Positions 37,287 to 63,853 of a stretch of DNA of 64,000 bases are shown piece after piece. This DNA comes from Lingula anatina (Eukaryota > Animalia > Brachiopoda). The translations under genes were made by a program, and so were the position numbers. A model generated the notes under the pieces. The model saw nothing but the letters and a program-made list of their open reading frames with translations. It did no database searches and was not told the origin of the DNA. Numbering within the stretch: position 1 is the stretch's first letter; each line of letters begins with the position of its first letter. The stretch is from positions 40,554,401 through 40,618,400 of the forward strand of contig CM120641.1 in the NCBI GenBank assembly GCA_051362555.1, given 5' to 3'.

Positions 37287-38499
37287 ATATTGTGTTAACA
37301 TTTAAAATTCCTCAAAAATACGAAAATGTGTTGCATAGCACCCAATTAATTTACGTCATTTTTTAGATAAACATTATGATTTCTACCACATATTTACTAA
37401 CATTTATATAATAAAAAACATCATTCATCAAACACTCTTACCGCGCTATGATATTCGATATCCGGCTTGCGCACGTTATGCTACAGCTCGGCTATAAAAA
37501 GGTAATTTGTGTTGGCGGTTTTAGTGTATGCTAAATTTTAATACTTTTCTCTTCAGAACACTGAAAAGTGGTCCATGTTGTGGTTTTGTAATTGGGCTAC
37601 CATCTAAGGTCTGTTTTCAATGCATACCAGGTAGTCCTGAAATCTGGGAGAGCGGGAAATAAGAAAGTGTTCTGTCAGAAGAATGGATAGTGGACACTCT
37701 GGTTACGTGCGCCTTGGACGAATAAAACGTTTTATTCGACCAAGCGTGCCTGCGCGCCCAGTAGAAAGGTTAGAAACATTAAATGTGCTATAACACTTTC
37801 AGTAAAACTTATGATAAAAATACTTTTCGAAGGAGATGAACAAATTGTATGAATGCGGCGGCAAACGTATTCATACAATGCGAAGTGAATTCCAAAAAAT
37901 ATTTAACTATTTTAATTCCTGTTTAGTTCTCCAAGTGCAATTTACATACAAATTCTCCTCTCGAGAACAAGTAATATTCTGTAATCGTCTGCTTCAGATT
38001 CTTACCGACGCTGACCTAGCTAGATTGCTTCCAATCGTGTAAGGTGCTGAAATGTTCGAAGTTGTCAAGATGTCTAACATTGGACTTCCGAGTCCTCGAA
38101 TCGTTTTCATTAGATTGCATCATTTCAACAAATTAAATTAAAACTCATTATGGACTCGGTATTAATTTATTATATAATTTTATTTACAGAATATAACATG
38201 GTTTAACGTATCAAAATACTGCAGGTACCGTTTGGTCTGAAACTAATCACTCCAAAGGTAAGAGATTCTGCAAATGACCACATCTTTTCCCATGCCTGCT
38301 TAAAAAATACACACTTTACATAAGTAATATTTTTACCCACAACGCAGCCAGACAGGTCATTAAGTCTCAGAGTAAATCTTCCAACATTTTGCAAACCGAG
38401 GCCATTTGAAGGTTATATTATGCCCAGACCTTAACTTATGCTTGTTTTAATAAGCGTATGCTTTAATTTCCTTTTTGACAGAGAACAGTGAATAGTTTA

Positions 38500-40148
38500 T
38501 CAGTCTCCCTTTTCAACCCAAGGATATACCAATTCTCCTAAAATGAGTCTTTTGCCAAACTTTGTCCATGTGTAATACGATTCTGTTTTCTGCACATCCA
38601 GACGAAACATACTGTAAATCTTGGAGAAAGGAAGTTGAATCACCTACAAAGTAAAAGGGGTAAAACATAAATCAATACAAATCCATCATGTTTTGTTATG
38701 TAATTTAATATAAAAAAAACAAAACAATGAAAAAATTAGTTATATTCACATCCCAATTGTAAGCCATTATCTTCCAATACTTTTGCCCCTGTCAGTCACT
38801 TTCACCAGGGAGTAACTGATTGAGGTAATTTAATTTTTAAGTTTTTGTAAAATAGATATAATTTTACAGAAAAGTTACTCACTGCACAAGTCAAATAAAG
38901 TGGGCCTTGGGAAATTTTGTTCAAAACTTCAAGGCAAATGTCACCTGGAAATGTACAAGCCATTTAAAACAAACTGCTTAGCTACTATACCAAATCATAA
39001 TGCTTTTTGAAAAACTGTTTCAACCATTTTTAGAATATTTAAGAAACAATTTTTTTCCTCAGAAAAAACAGTTACCATTTAAATGGTAAACTAGCTGTTT
39101 GCTGTAACATTGTTATAACAAAGTTTCTGTTGTCAACTGTCTCTTACCAGCTATCTGTTCTGAATGGAATAATCTCAATATCACACTATATATTGGTAAA
39201 CTGTTCACAAATCCAACAGTTTTGAAGAGTGTTCCTTGGAACATAAGCACCAACAGCCTTAACTGAAATAAAAAAAATAAACCATAATTGATGTAACAAT
39301 TTACAAATGTTCAGTGAAATGATAGCTTGGCTTGGACGGTTGAAAATATACAGACTATGCATTTTTTCAAATAAATTCACCTATTTTCCCCTCAAATTTT
39401 ATTATTTGCAGGAACAAAATCCAAGCATTTAGCTGGAAAACTTTGTAAGTGTAACGCACTTCCACTCCATTTGAACACAGATTACTTTGAGCATTTTGTT
39501 TATGACTTCAAGTTATTAAAATTCATACTGATCCTTTGGTTATAAATGATTAAAGGGATAACAGCTGTTCATTTTGGCCAAAATGAATTTTCCTGGGGTA
39601 AAAGACAATTTTCCCATACTTACCAGTGGTTAAAGAATCCATTTCGACATTCAAAGTTAGTCCTAGTTTTTTTTCTAAAAAGTTTGTTTTTTTGTAATAT
39701 TCCAGAATAATTGTGTTAACCGCAGTTTTGGTGGTAAAACAGAATTTATTACACCATATATTTTAAGAGATTTACAATGTATTTATTGTGAAATATAGCT
39801 ATTATATGAACAGTTGTTATACCTTTAAAATATCTTAATGTTTTTTAATATTAAAAAACTTATTACACCCATTTCACTATTACAATCATCTTGATTTTCA
39901 CTACAAAAGAAAAAAAACATCACTCTACTTACTGCTGTAAAGACCACATAGTACAGAGCAGTAGTAGGCAACAAAAACAGGAGGATGGTGAACAGAAGAG
40001 TGCCAATAAACAGCTGGTCTACATCATATGAAGCTGAATCAACTCTGTGTCTCAAAACATTCCACTTCTTCCCTCTGAATAATCTCCAAAGTGAACCAAG
40101 GACAGAGACCTGCAGATTGTAAAGTCTGAAATAAAAGTGACCCCACTG

Positions 40149-40219
<71 letters not shown>

Positions 40220-42793
40220 GTTTATTCAAAAAATTTACATTACAAAGCCAGAGTCTAAATCTTTTTAAGTCCCAAATAAATAATAACAAATGTCTTAATG
40301 GGCAAAGAAACAAACCAAAGTAAAAAATCTGAAGATACTGGTTTTTGTTGTCAGTAAATCATATAGACATACTTTGCAGCATAGACATAAAAACAATAGA
40401 TATGAAGTGTTGCCATGGAGACCAGATCCCTCAGGAGACAAAGTTGTACTGTAAAGCCTAGACCGCCCATATATGAGATGAACAGCAAAACATGACTTAA
40501 CACTGGCCTGAGCAGATTAAGGTAGCCTGAAATGAAATAATTTTTTTTTCAGAAAACTGGCTTCAAAACAAACTAACAACATCATAAATGAATTTCACAA
40601 ATGGAATGATCAAACATACAGATTTACTGACCCGCTTTACCTTGATAAATAATTTACATCCAAAGCAATATTTCATGTAAAACATTTGTCCTCTTATTAA
40701 TCATAACAAATTTAGTCTTACTAGTACCTACCTACAAATCAACACAATCTTTGTAAATAAATTCTTACCTGTCCAAAGAAAAATGTGATATAAAAAGAAG
40801 TTCCCTAGCAGCTGATCTAACTGGCTGTTGAGTTTCAGACCTGCAGGAAAGCCCATCATCCACTTTAACAGAACATTCAGCTGCCTGCTCACATGCTAAA
40901 AGATAAAACATGCATTTGAATTCAAATTTTTGTCACAAAACCCAACCACATCCCACCATACAGTTGCATAACCTAAAGAAATGCCAAAGGATACAGTTTC
41001 ATATTTCTCGAAAAATGTTATTTGAATGGCTATGTTTTGCGAAGTTTTAAAGCTCTGAGTGATTAAATTGGTTTATCTTTTGGCATGAGGTCTTTCTTTG
41101 AGTTGTATAAGAAAACTAGTAGAAGTGGTTTATATGCATTTAAGGGAATCCATGCTCACTTCATTAATAACTTTAAGAAAAAATTTGTCTGAAATAAATT
41201 TTTTTTTCAGTTTTTTGTTTTTCTTTTTCTCTTTCTTCCTTGTATGGATAATCTGCACATTCACTATCTATTTTCTAGTCAAGAATGAATTTGCTTATAA
41301 AATCATATTTAATAATAAATAAATTAATTAATTACATCAGCCTGTGTCATCATCCAGTTGGCTATTAAATCTGTTTGAGCACTGCTGGACATCCACATCA
41401 TAAATAAGATGCCAATGACAATGTCTAACAACAAAAGGCTGGCTATGTTCTGGACTCTGAAAATGTGAAAAAAGGGCACTTTACACTTACACCAAATTTA
41501 AATGGTTATAAAATAAAAAAAATGTCATTTTATAAATGAATCAATATTTATACTAGGCCTACATTAGTAACTTTTAAGTTACTAAAATTTAAAAATCTTA
41601 GAAGACATCATTACTTAAATATTATATATTTAAAAGAAACAAAAACAATTGAATTATCTATAGAACATGTTGTTCAATAATTTTAAATGTATGTTGGTTT
41701 ATGACTCTATCAGTATACTTAATATATTATTGACTTCATTTCATTTTTATTTTAAACTTTTCTGAATTGTTTTCCATACCTAAAGTGTGCACCTGATCCC
41801 TCTCCTGTGTCCATAACTGCTCGACAAAGTTGCCGGTACTTTAGCTTAATTTGGGTAACAGAAGCAAACAAGCTCAAAATGAAATCTGAAACTTTGTTCT
41901 GGAAAAACCTAGAATAATAAGAAACAAATTAACAGCATTAAATATTTAAATGACAATAAAGAATTTGATTTGATTTACAAGATGATTTTAATTTTAAAAG
42001 TTTAATGTGAATTTGTCCTCTGAAAGTGACTCTCAGTATAAAATACCTCCTACAAAGATTTAGGCAAGCAGTGAAATCACTCTTCATATGTTCAAATGTA
42101 GTTCTAAATTATAATCAATTTTAATAATCTTGTCAATTATAAATACCTTGAATTTCCTATCTTGCTTCCACATGCCACTACCAACAGAAGCAGTTTATGA
42201 AACACAGTCATTAAACTGAAAGTGGAAAAATTTTCCACTGGACCAGGTTCTATTAAATGTGTAAAACTTTCATATGTGTTGTGTTCCTTGATTCTAGAGT
42301 TTATTTCTTCGGAAGCCTCTTGGTGAGTTTTTAAACATTTCACCAAACATGCCAGAACTGTAGATTTCGATTCTTGGTAACAGTTAAACCTATCTCTAAT
42401 ACACATGGATGCCAGCAGCAATGAAGCATCAAAAATGATAACTGTCACACATGTGAGGTGATTTGTGACCATAAAGTCTTCACTAACTGTACAAGTTGGA
42501 AGACCTGAAATTCCCTCTTCCAGTAATATCCAAATATCATTTCTCCCATCAACCTGAATATCGCCTTTCATCAGTGGATCCTCATTCAGTCTTTTCCACC
42601 TTCCAACAACCCTCATGTTATCTTTCTTAGTGTTAATATCTTCAAAAAGATGTCCATTCTTGGCATTGTGCACAAGCCCAGTGATACAAACAAAGTTATT
42701 TTGTTTCAGGATAACACCAACAAGGTACCCTGGTGCTGACACCAAACACTGGCATGGTAAAAATAGCCTCAAGACATCCTGTTTTATTTCCAT
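38500..42793 (-). CDS. PIGQ: Phosphatidylinositol N-acetylglucosaminyltransferase subunit Q (GPI1)
   Basis: Minus-strand exons 42793-42147 (LRLFLPCQC), 41908-41780, 41456-41336 (LLDIVIG), 40895-40769 ([12 protein letters not shown]), 40526-40373, 40125-39933 ([20 protein letters not shown]...[18 protein letters not shown]), 39262-39148, 38944-38883, 38643-38500 (GELVYPW...TGA). These are Gpi1-family signatures. Confidence 0.93.
40151..40213. repeat. (TA)n microsatellite
   Basis: Direct reading; lies ~25 nt upstream of the PIGQ acceptor at 40126. Confidence 0.95.
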
Positions 42794-42805
42794 CTTACTG
42801 TAACC

Positions 42806-43414
42806 CTGCAAATAATTTAGAAATAGTCTAGAACATCAGGCATTTTATATGGAACAAAAAAAGGACAAACATTTAAAAATCATCAGACATTTAAGTTGCT
42901 TCTAACTTTAAATGAAGGGGCAAAAGATATCAAGCACAAAGACACATAAAAAAGAAATAGAAACCGGGGGGGAGGGGGGGGGGGTGTGCTCGGTGGGTTT
43001 GATTTTACCGTAGGAGGCAGGATGCAAAGTTGCGAGTTTCATAAATTCAACAAGTTTCTTTACCTCCTTTAAGCAGTCCTTTGAAAGAAATATATACAAT
43101 ATAAGGAAAAAAGTATTCCAGGGAGTTAAGCCCTTTCTGGCGTTTCAATCCTCCTCATCCTTTTCCAAGCAAATATCTAGAGCACCTGTTACTCGCAAAA
43201 CTTGTGGGAGATAATAATAATAATTATTATTATTTGTAAAATATGAAAGTGATTTAAACTGAATGGATTCTATAAACTGAGATAATGTATTTTAAACAGT
43301 AAAAAATTTGAATATTCATAATATTGTTAATTCTTACAGCTAAATTCTTTTTCTATCTTAGCCATTTACTCTCTAACCCTATTGAATTCCAAACTGAGTC
43401 TATTAGTTTCGAAG

Positions 43415-43422
<8 letters not shown>
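42806..43422. promoter_or_regulatory. Short bidirectional promoter region between PIGQ and TBCD
   Basis: Divergent ATGs at 42793 and 43415. The PIGQ ATG exon begins at an acceptor (TTTGCAG|42805). A YY1-like AAGATGGCGGC overlaps the TBCD start codon (43412-43422). Confidence 0.6.
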
Positions 43423-57264
<13,842 letters not shown>

Positions 57265-59116
57265 GAAAAAAATGAAAAAAAGCAAATGGAATCTTTTAAA
57301 ATTAAAAGCAGTTATACATTCAGCAAAGAATACCATTCCTTTTGAACCATACCTAGTTGCTCTGCTATTTTCACCTCAGGTGATCATATATAACAAATTA
57401 CCAATGTGTACTAAAATTGCATCTGTGTATTATTCCCCCATTTTGCTTAATCCAGCTGGTGGTGCATGCATAGGAGGCAGCCATACCTCTTTTATCCCCT
57501 AGTCGCTAATATATCATGCTCAAAAGGTCATCAAATGCAAATATATTTAAGTTGACATCAGTATTGAACTGAACCGAATTGAATGTACTGAACATATTTA
57601 TTGATGTGGACAGAAAATGTGATAGCTATCAGTTTTTAAATCAGGAATTGTTGATTTTTGTGTACATTTTTTAGAAATATATATGGATATTTTTTATTTG
57701 AAATTTTTGATATATATACATATAGCTCAGTTAGCTTGCAACCATAAGAAGAAATGTATTGACGTTGATCAAGATACTAAGGCAAAAATACTATCTAGAA
57801 ATACATCCTCTTGTTTTTTAAGTGTGAACTACTTACATAACAAGTATCATGGTTATTTATATACTATTAAAACGAAATTTTACATTTATCAATACATCTT
57901 CCTCCTTCCCTCACAATGTTTGTAAATGATTTCTGTGCCAATCAATATAGTTGGGTTGATTTGTTTTTGTGTCAAGGACTAAGACGATTAAAAATTGATG
58001 TTAAATATTGATGAAACACAGAATGTTTCAGTCATATCATATCTTTGCACTGTTTAAGATGGTGAAGTATTCCTATACTTTACTCTTTGTACTCTAGCAG
58101 CATAAATGTGTTAAAACATGTACAATTTGCGTGAGTAGTGTTTATATCAAATAAATAGCTTCATTTAGCACCAAGTGAAACAATTAAAAAAAATGATTTC
58201 ATCAGTGTAACGTGAATGTCATTCTTTGTCTCATTTTTTTTTCTAGGCGATGCTTTTGACCTAAACTTTGCTTTTTGTCATTCTGCGTATTGAATTTCAT
58301 GATGCCAAACGAATAAATGAAAAAATTTCTGTCACTGTTATAATCTCAACATAAAAGTAAAGTGGGTCTTATTGTAAGTGTGTTGGGGATATTATAAACT
58401 ACCAATGGGCCCAGGGAACCTTGGAATTTTCTTTCTCTGGAGTCCAAAGGGGAGCTGTGAAGATACAGAAACACGCCAAACTAGTCCTGACTAAACGAAC
58501 ATTCAGAACTATACGGAGTTGCACTGTAAAAAAGTAGTTCTGTAGTGACCGGACCGGCAATGAAGCCAGCCACGGGGGCAAGGAAATCTCAAGTCGTACT
58601 TCACTTTGAAGGTTGCCCGCTACGGATACATGTTATTTGCATAGAAATAAAAGATCTTTAGAGAGTAAGTTGCCAGTTAGTATAGCGCATGTCAGTATAC
58701 GCAGGAAACAACAAGCCAACTTTACGCTGCATCTGTAAGAAAGGAGAGTTGGCTCGGACCGCGCATTCGTAGGTCATTTGCACCCTTTACAAGGGCGACA
58801 GATTGATTATTCACAAGATGTTCACAGATGTCTTTAGAGAAATAGTCATTTGATTCTCTGGCTTTTTGAAATTTACCTATAATATCTGCCACCCTGGTAG
58901 AGGGTAGGTTATTTGTATTTCCAAGAAGCGTGCAAATCGCCATTTTATTTTATGTAGTTATTTTATGATACAGAAGTACTTCTAAGCAGTATGAAAGTGA
59001 ATCTTATTAATCTGAACTACAACTGGTCTGGTGCTGCTGACGTTCCGACTTTTTTGACAGAAAAGCATGCTTCGGGCACTACGGCTTAAGAGACACCAAG
59101 CAGACCAAGCTGCTAC

Positions 59117-59119
<3 letters not shown>

Positions 59120-59196
<77 letters not shown>
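59120..59196. repeat. poly-A followed by (TA)n microsatellite
   Basis: Direct reading. Confidence 0.95.
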
Positions 59197-59199
<3 letters not shown>

Positions 59200-59563
59200 G
59201 GGAGAGAAAGAGCTTAATAAAAATTGAGAAATGATGTTGAATGACGGAGAGAAAAGAAAAGAAAAAGATAGAAAGAGTAGAAGAATATATAATAAGTAAA
59301 TATTAATTGGACTTTGAAGTATGCTTACCTGTTCAGGTATGGGGTTACCATGGTGTTTGTAGTGCTAAGGGCACCAAGACACCCAAAAACCGGCCCTGCA
59401 GACACTGTATGTGTCTGTGTGTATTTTGGTCACCATGCCTGTCCGGGTCGTCGCCGAAGCTGTTGCATCTGTTGTCCATTCAAAATGATATATCTGTATT
59501 ACTTAAAATTTTCGGAATAGCTTTTTGTGGTAAAAGGTACATTTCCTTCGAAAATCAGCACGA

Positions 59564-59741
59564 CCGGTGTAACGAAACGGAGAGTCCTACCCTTTTACGG
59601 AACGTGGGATCCGGTATAACAGAGAGTCCGGGGGACACTTTATATTAAGATTATTCAGGGTCCGGAGGGACCCTGTATTTCAAAGAAGAGTGTCAGATTC
59701 AGAAATCTGACAGTCCCGGACTCTCAGTTCCGTCACACCGG
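59564..59741. mobile_element. Short MITE-like element with 24-bp imperfect TIRs
   Basis: CCGGTGTAACGAAACGGAGAGTCC vs reverse complement of the right end CCGGTGTGACGGAACTGAGAGTCC; a third partial copy CCGGTATAACAGAGAGTCC at 59611. Confidence 0.6.
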
Positions 59742-59890
59742 TTTATTTTCCAAAAATAATGTTTGTATATATTTTTGCAATACGTTTTGTTGTTTGGTGT
59801 CTGTATGTTTGGCAGCGTCGTTAATGTCCCATACGCCTGTTGTGCAACTTACAAGTGTCAAACCGTATTTATGTTTAACTTCAAAACTAC

Positions 59891-60169
59891 CAGGGCCGTA
59901 GCCTCCGGCGGGGCAGGGGGGCAGCTGCCCCCCCTGGGATTTGAGGTGCAAAAAAAAAAAAATAATAATAATAATAATCGCAAAGGTAAAAAAAAATTCT
60001 GATTGAGCAATAAATAACAGTTAAAATGCGCCAGAATGCATTATTATACATACAGTTTTTAAAAATTTTCCACACCGTGGGAGGGTGACACCCCCTCCCC
60101 CATCGGGGGCTTCGCCCCCTCGTGTCCGCTTACTGCCCCTCCTGGCATTTTACTCAGGCTACGGCCCTG
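59891..60169. mobile_element. hAT-like MITE with perfect 14-bp TIRs
   Basis: CAGGGCCGTAGCCT ... AGGCTACGGCCCTG; ACTAC directly flanks both ends. Confidence 0.85.
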
Positions 60170-60207
60170 ACTACTATTGGCTATCGTTATTATTATTTGA
60201 TAAAATG

Positions 60208-60252
60208 GCAGGCTCAGTTCGAAACTCAGCATGATCGGTTCATTTTTATGAA
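60208..60252 (+). mobile_element. Fragment of the HINE ~162-bp internal repeat unit
   Basis: GCAGGCTCAGTTCGAAACTCAGCATGATCGGTTCATTTTTA resembles GCAGGTCAAGTTCGAAAATCAGCATGATCGGGTCACTTTTA at ~13536. Another short piece, TTCGAAAATCAGCA, lies at 59547. Confidence 0.55.
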
Positions 60253-60286
60253 AGGTATCAATTTCTGAGTGTATTTTAGCGACGTT

Positions 60287-60432
60287 TGTAAAGCCTCTCT
60301 TCTGGTCCTCAAATCAAGTTCGGTCCCTTGGTTCTAAACTGTTTACCAGAGGCTCTGTTCTGGTCCTACACCTGTTAATGTCCATCATGACGTGTTCTAA
60401 CGTGTTCCCCAAACGTGTCCTTGGCTGACTCT
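60287..60432 (+). repeat. Left arm of a long inverted repeat pair (partner 63708-63853)
   Basis: 60287-60419 is the exact reverse complement of 63721-63853 (133 nt); after one mismatch another 12 nt match. Confidence 0.92.
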
Positions 60433-61299
60433 ATTATGGTCTCCAATATTTGAGGTTTAAAACTTTGAGAGGCTACCAAAAAACGTACGTAAACTGAATG
60501 TTGGAAAGAAATGCATTTCAATTATTTAAATTGCATTATATTTGCTATAATATATTCTCAGATTTTTTAAAGAACACAAAAGTTTTGCTGCGTGACTACC
60601 TTTAGGATGCCTAATACTACTAAAAAGTTTATGGCGTTCTCTGCTTCTTGTTTTCAAGACAGTTACATTCGTGGGTGATTGTGTGCATGTGTGTGTGTGT
60701 GGAGTGGGGGTGTACTCACTCACTCACTCGTTCTTTATTCCGTTTTAAGTTAGTATAAGCTCTTATTTTCATATGGACGCGTTTATTCCCGTGAGTTTCC
60801 TAAATGTTCACTGGACTGTCAAGAACTATAGTGATTCAGAGCTTAAATAGGCACAGTATAATGGATTTTTACTGCATTCGTTTTATAAATCTATTAATAC
60901 TGCAATTTATGTAAAGAGCTCCCTATGAAGGATAGTCTAGCTACTTTATTCATTTACGCATTTTGTTTCAGAATTTTTTTTTCAATTTTCAGGATTTAGG
61001 GTATAGGTATGGTCACTATAAAAATACCAAAATGTAGGCGTTTTGTGCAAGTAGTAGAAATGGATTATATTATTTTCGAATCAGCGGATCTAAAATAAAC
61101 GCGCAATATATTCGTATTTATAGCCTGTTTGACTGCATTTAAACTAAGACGCAAGTGAAGATATTGTGTGTTTGATTGACGGGGCTAGTTTAGAGATGAG
61201 CTGCATACCTTGTTGGTATTTATACCTAGGCTTTCACAAGCTATATATCCCCTATCATTCGGATAATGTTCAAGTGATGTTTTGCTACTGGATGACAAC

Positions 61300-61752
61300 T
61301 TACATGTAGCATCCCAATTGTATTGCTTTAGGAGCGTACAGTGAAGGGAATATCATGAAATCCCAGTGATCTGACCAAAGTAAATTTGAGGGACTAATGG
61401 TAGAGGAAAGATCCAGTATAACTACGTAGTATAAGTATGCATACCAATGCAATTTACTGTTACACAACGCCGTTCTCCCTTGGGCAAAATTAAAAGCTAA
61501 CATCCCCGTTTCAATTTACCACTTCAAGGGAAAGATTCAGAACAGCGCCAATACTAATTAGAGCTTTTAACAATACTAATTAGAGCTTTTAGCTTGTGTA
61601 ACTTTATATAAGTATAATTTTTTTTCTCTTTCATTTACTTACTATCCTTACTATCTTTCCATATGTATAATGTATAATAGCTAGAGAGCCTCTAAATGTA
61701 AAAACATTTCAGTGCTCAATAAATTATTATTATTATTATTATTATTATTATT
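61300..61752 (+). mobile_element. Degenerate 3' end of a CR1/L2-like LINE
   Basis: A + frame reads HNAVLPWAKLKANIPVSIYHFKGKIQ, resembling the LWNxLP...FKxxLK ORF2 C-terminus. It is followed by an AT-rich UTR-like stretch, AATAAA and a (TTA)n tail (61724-61752), and contains a 22-bp tandem duplication at 61549-61591. Confidence 0.35.
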
Positions 61753-63707
61753 TAAGCAGATTGTTGGAAGATTGTGTTAATTCGTTACATCTAAGCTTTG
61801 TCAGGGATTAATTTTTGGTTGGGGTTATGGTTTATGTTTAGTTTAGTTTAGTTTATTTCACTGTAACATATGCATCCACTTGTGTGGATGAAAATGACAA
61901 TATGAATACAATTTATGTGTCGATTATAATTGGAATGCCTTTGATAATTTTATAACCAAGACTTATGGAATAAAATACTGTAATTTGCTATGTTTTATAA
62001 TTATGTGTGAGGACTCGCACCAGACACGGGCATTTAATTTTGGTTGGTCTTTATTACGGGCATGCATTCGACCGGCGGCAGAGTTGTGAATCAATCTACA
62101 GTATATTATTTTCAGTTTATATAAAAGTTACCTAAGTCCTGCATAACGCTATCTAAAAAATTGGTAACTTTGTGACCTTTTAAAGCACCGCTACAGATGT
62201 AGACACTCCAACCCAATTAAGTTCGATGTGAGAAAACTTTCAACAAAAAGTGATAATGTGAGCCATAAATATCGGAATAAAAATATGACACGTTCCATTA
62301 ATTTTCACTGGCTTATGTTATTGTACCCTCTTATAGGGAAAGCCGTCAGCAGTTATTTAAAGTAATGTGAAACATTCATAAAAACGTTATGCAAAACGTG
62401 AGCGGTTGGGATAAGTTAATTTACGCTCTCATTTTTCATATGAAAAAAAATGAATATTTATTACAAGAGTTCAGGGTGGGAGGGGGGCATAAGGGCATAG
62501 CAACTAAATTATGTTATGAAATAACGATTTGAATTTTTAAAAAAAGTCAAGTTGAACCTTTCTTCTGATATACTTTATCATGGTTCGGTTAAGAAGATAT
62601 ATACCCCCCCCCCCCTGCCCACACTTATTTCAACCTGTAAGATTGGAAAGTCGGTAGTCTGGCTCGGGCAATAAAATCTTACTATCTCCACATCTGGTTT
62701 CTATCAAGCGCGTCCAGAGCTTCAGAGCTTAGGACAAACATATTGCTCCTCGGGACAGGAAATCTGGAGAGGGGGAGTAGAGGAACATGTCTTCTCAATA
62801 TGGAAATCTATATATTTTTGGTAATTTCCTTTGTAACATTTACGAACACTGTAAAATACCCTTTCTCAAATTAATATAATGTTCACACATTTCTGTTAAT
62901 ATCCTGAATTGAAATACTAATTTTAAATGTCAGATTTATGACGAGGGAGAGAGAGGTCAAGACATTCTGTAAATGTCCCGAACTATGGGAGAGTGTTATA
63001 AACTAAACACATCTTGGCAATAACCCGTAGCCAGTTAGACTGCTGAGTGGTTTACTTATTATGATCAACATTATTGTTTATATTTTTATTAATATCAAAC
63101 AATTTTACTGTTTGCAGGTATACCTGTTTGGAACCTGTACTCTGCGCCATATAATAGCTATGGTGCAAAGTAGTGATATTGTAAAATCCTGCAATAAAAT
63201 CTTCTTTAAATATTAAATATTAAGACATATAGGAAGCAGGGTTACCATATATGCTCGGAATTTTGTCGGAGAGGGAAATTTCTCGAGTTTGTTCACTGTC
63301 CTGTGAAGCCATATTTTGTAGCCTGAGATGCCGTATCCGTTACTTCGTGACCTGACCTGTCAAAAGCACGTCTGGGCGCTCTTTTCATCTTTCAATTCTT
63401 CCACATTAATCAAGATACGGAGTATCAATTACAAGTGCCCGGGGAGGGGGGGAGGAAGAGGGAGCATGAAGGGAATAAATAACTATAAGTAGTATCCTTG
63501 CGACACAAGGTTACTCTGCAATTTATATCTTTCCATTTATGCTGTGAAATAATAGCCAGGTAGTCCGTTGATCTCGCGAATCAACCAAATGACCGTTAGT
63601 TGAGTTGCTTAATTGCAAGTAATTAATCCCCTCCCCTCCCCCCGAAAGTCATACTGGCAGGTTTCCAAATGAAGACTATACCGCAGAAAAAGTTTGGGGC
63701 CCAAAAG

Positions 63708-63853
63708 AGAGTCAGCCAAAGACACGTTTGGGGAACACGTTAGAACACGTCATGATGGACATTAACAGGTGTAGGACCAGAACAGAGCCTCTGGTAAACA
63801 GTTTAGAACCAAGGGACCGAACTTGATTTGAGGACCAGAAGAGAGGCTTTACA
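63708..63853 (-). repeat. Right arm of the long inverted repeat pair
   Basis: Reverse complement of 60287-60432. Confidence 0.92.

Noticed and set aside
37677-37730. RR-MDSGHSGYVRL-GR-IKR as an amidated neuropeptide
   Set aside because: No signal peptide, an in-frame stop just upstream, and the basic residues come from a DNA palindrome.
43373-43381. CTAACCCTA as a telomerase RNA template
   Set aside because: A 9-mer in the TBCD 5' region with no supporting pseudoknot or H/ACA features that I could see.
58399-58943. Short minus-strand ORFs (60 and 73 aa) in a GC-richer patch after TBCD
   Set aside because: No recognisable motif or convincing splice structure; possibly a TE relic, but unsupported without a search.
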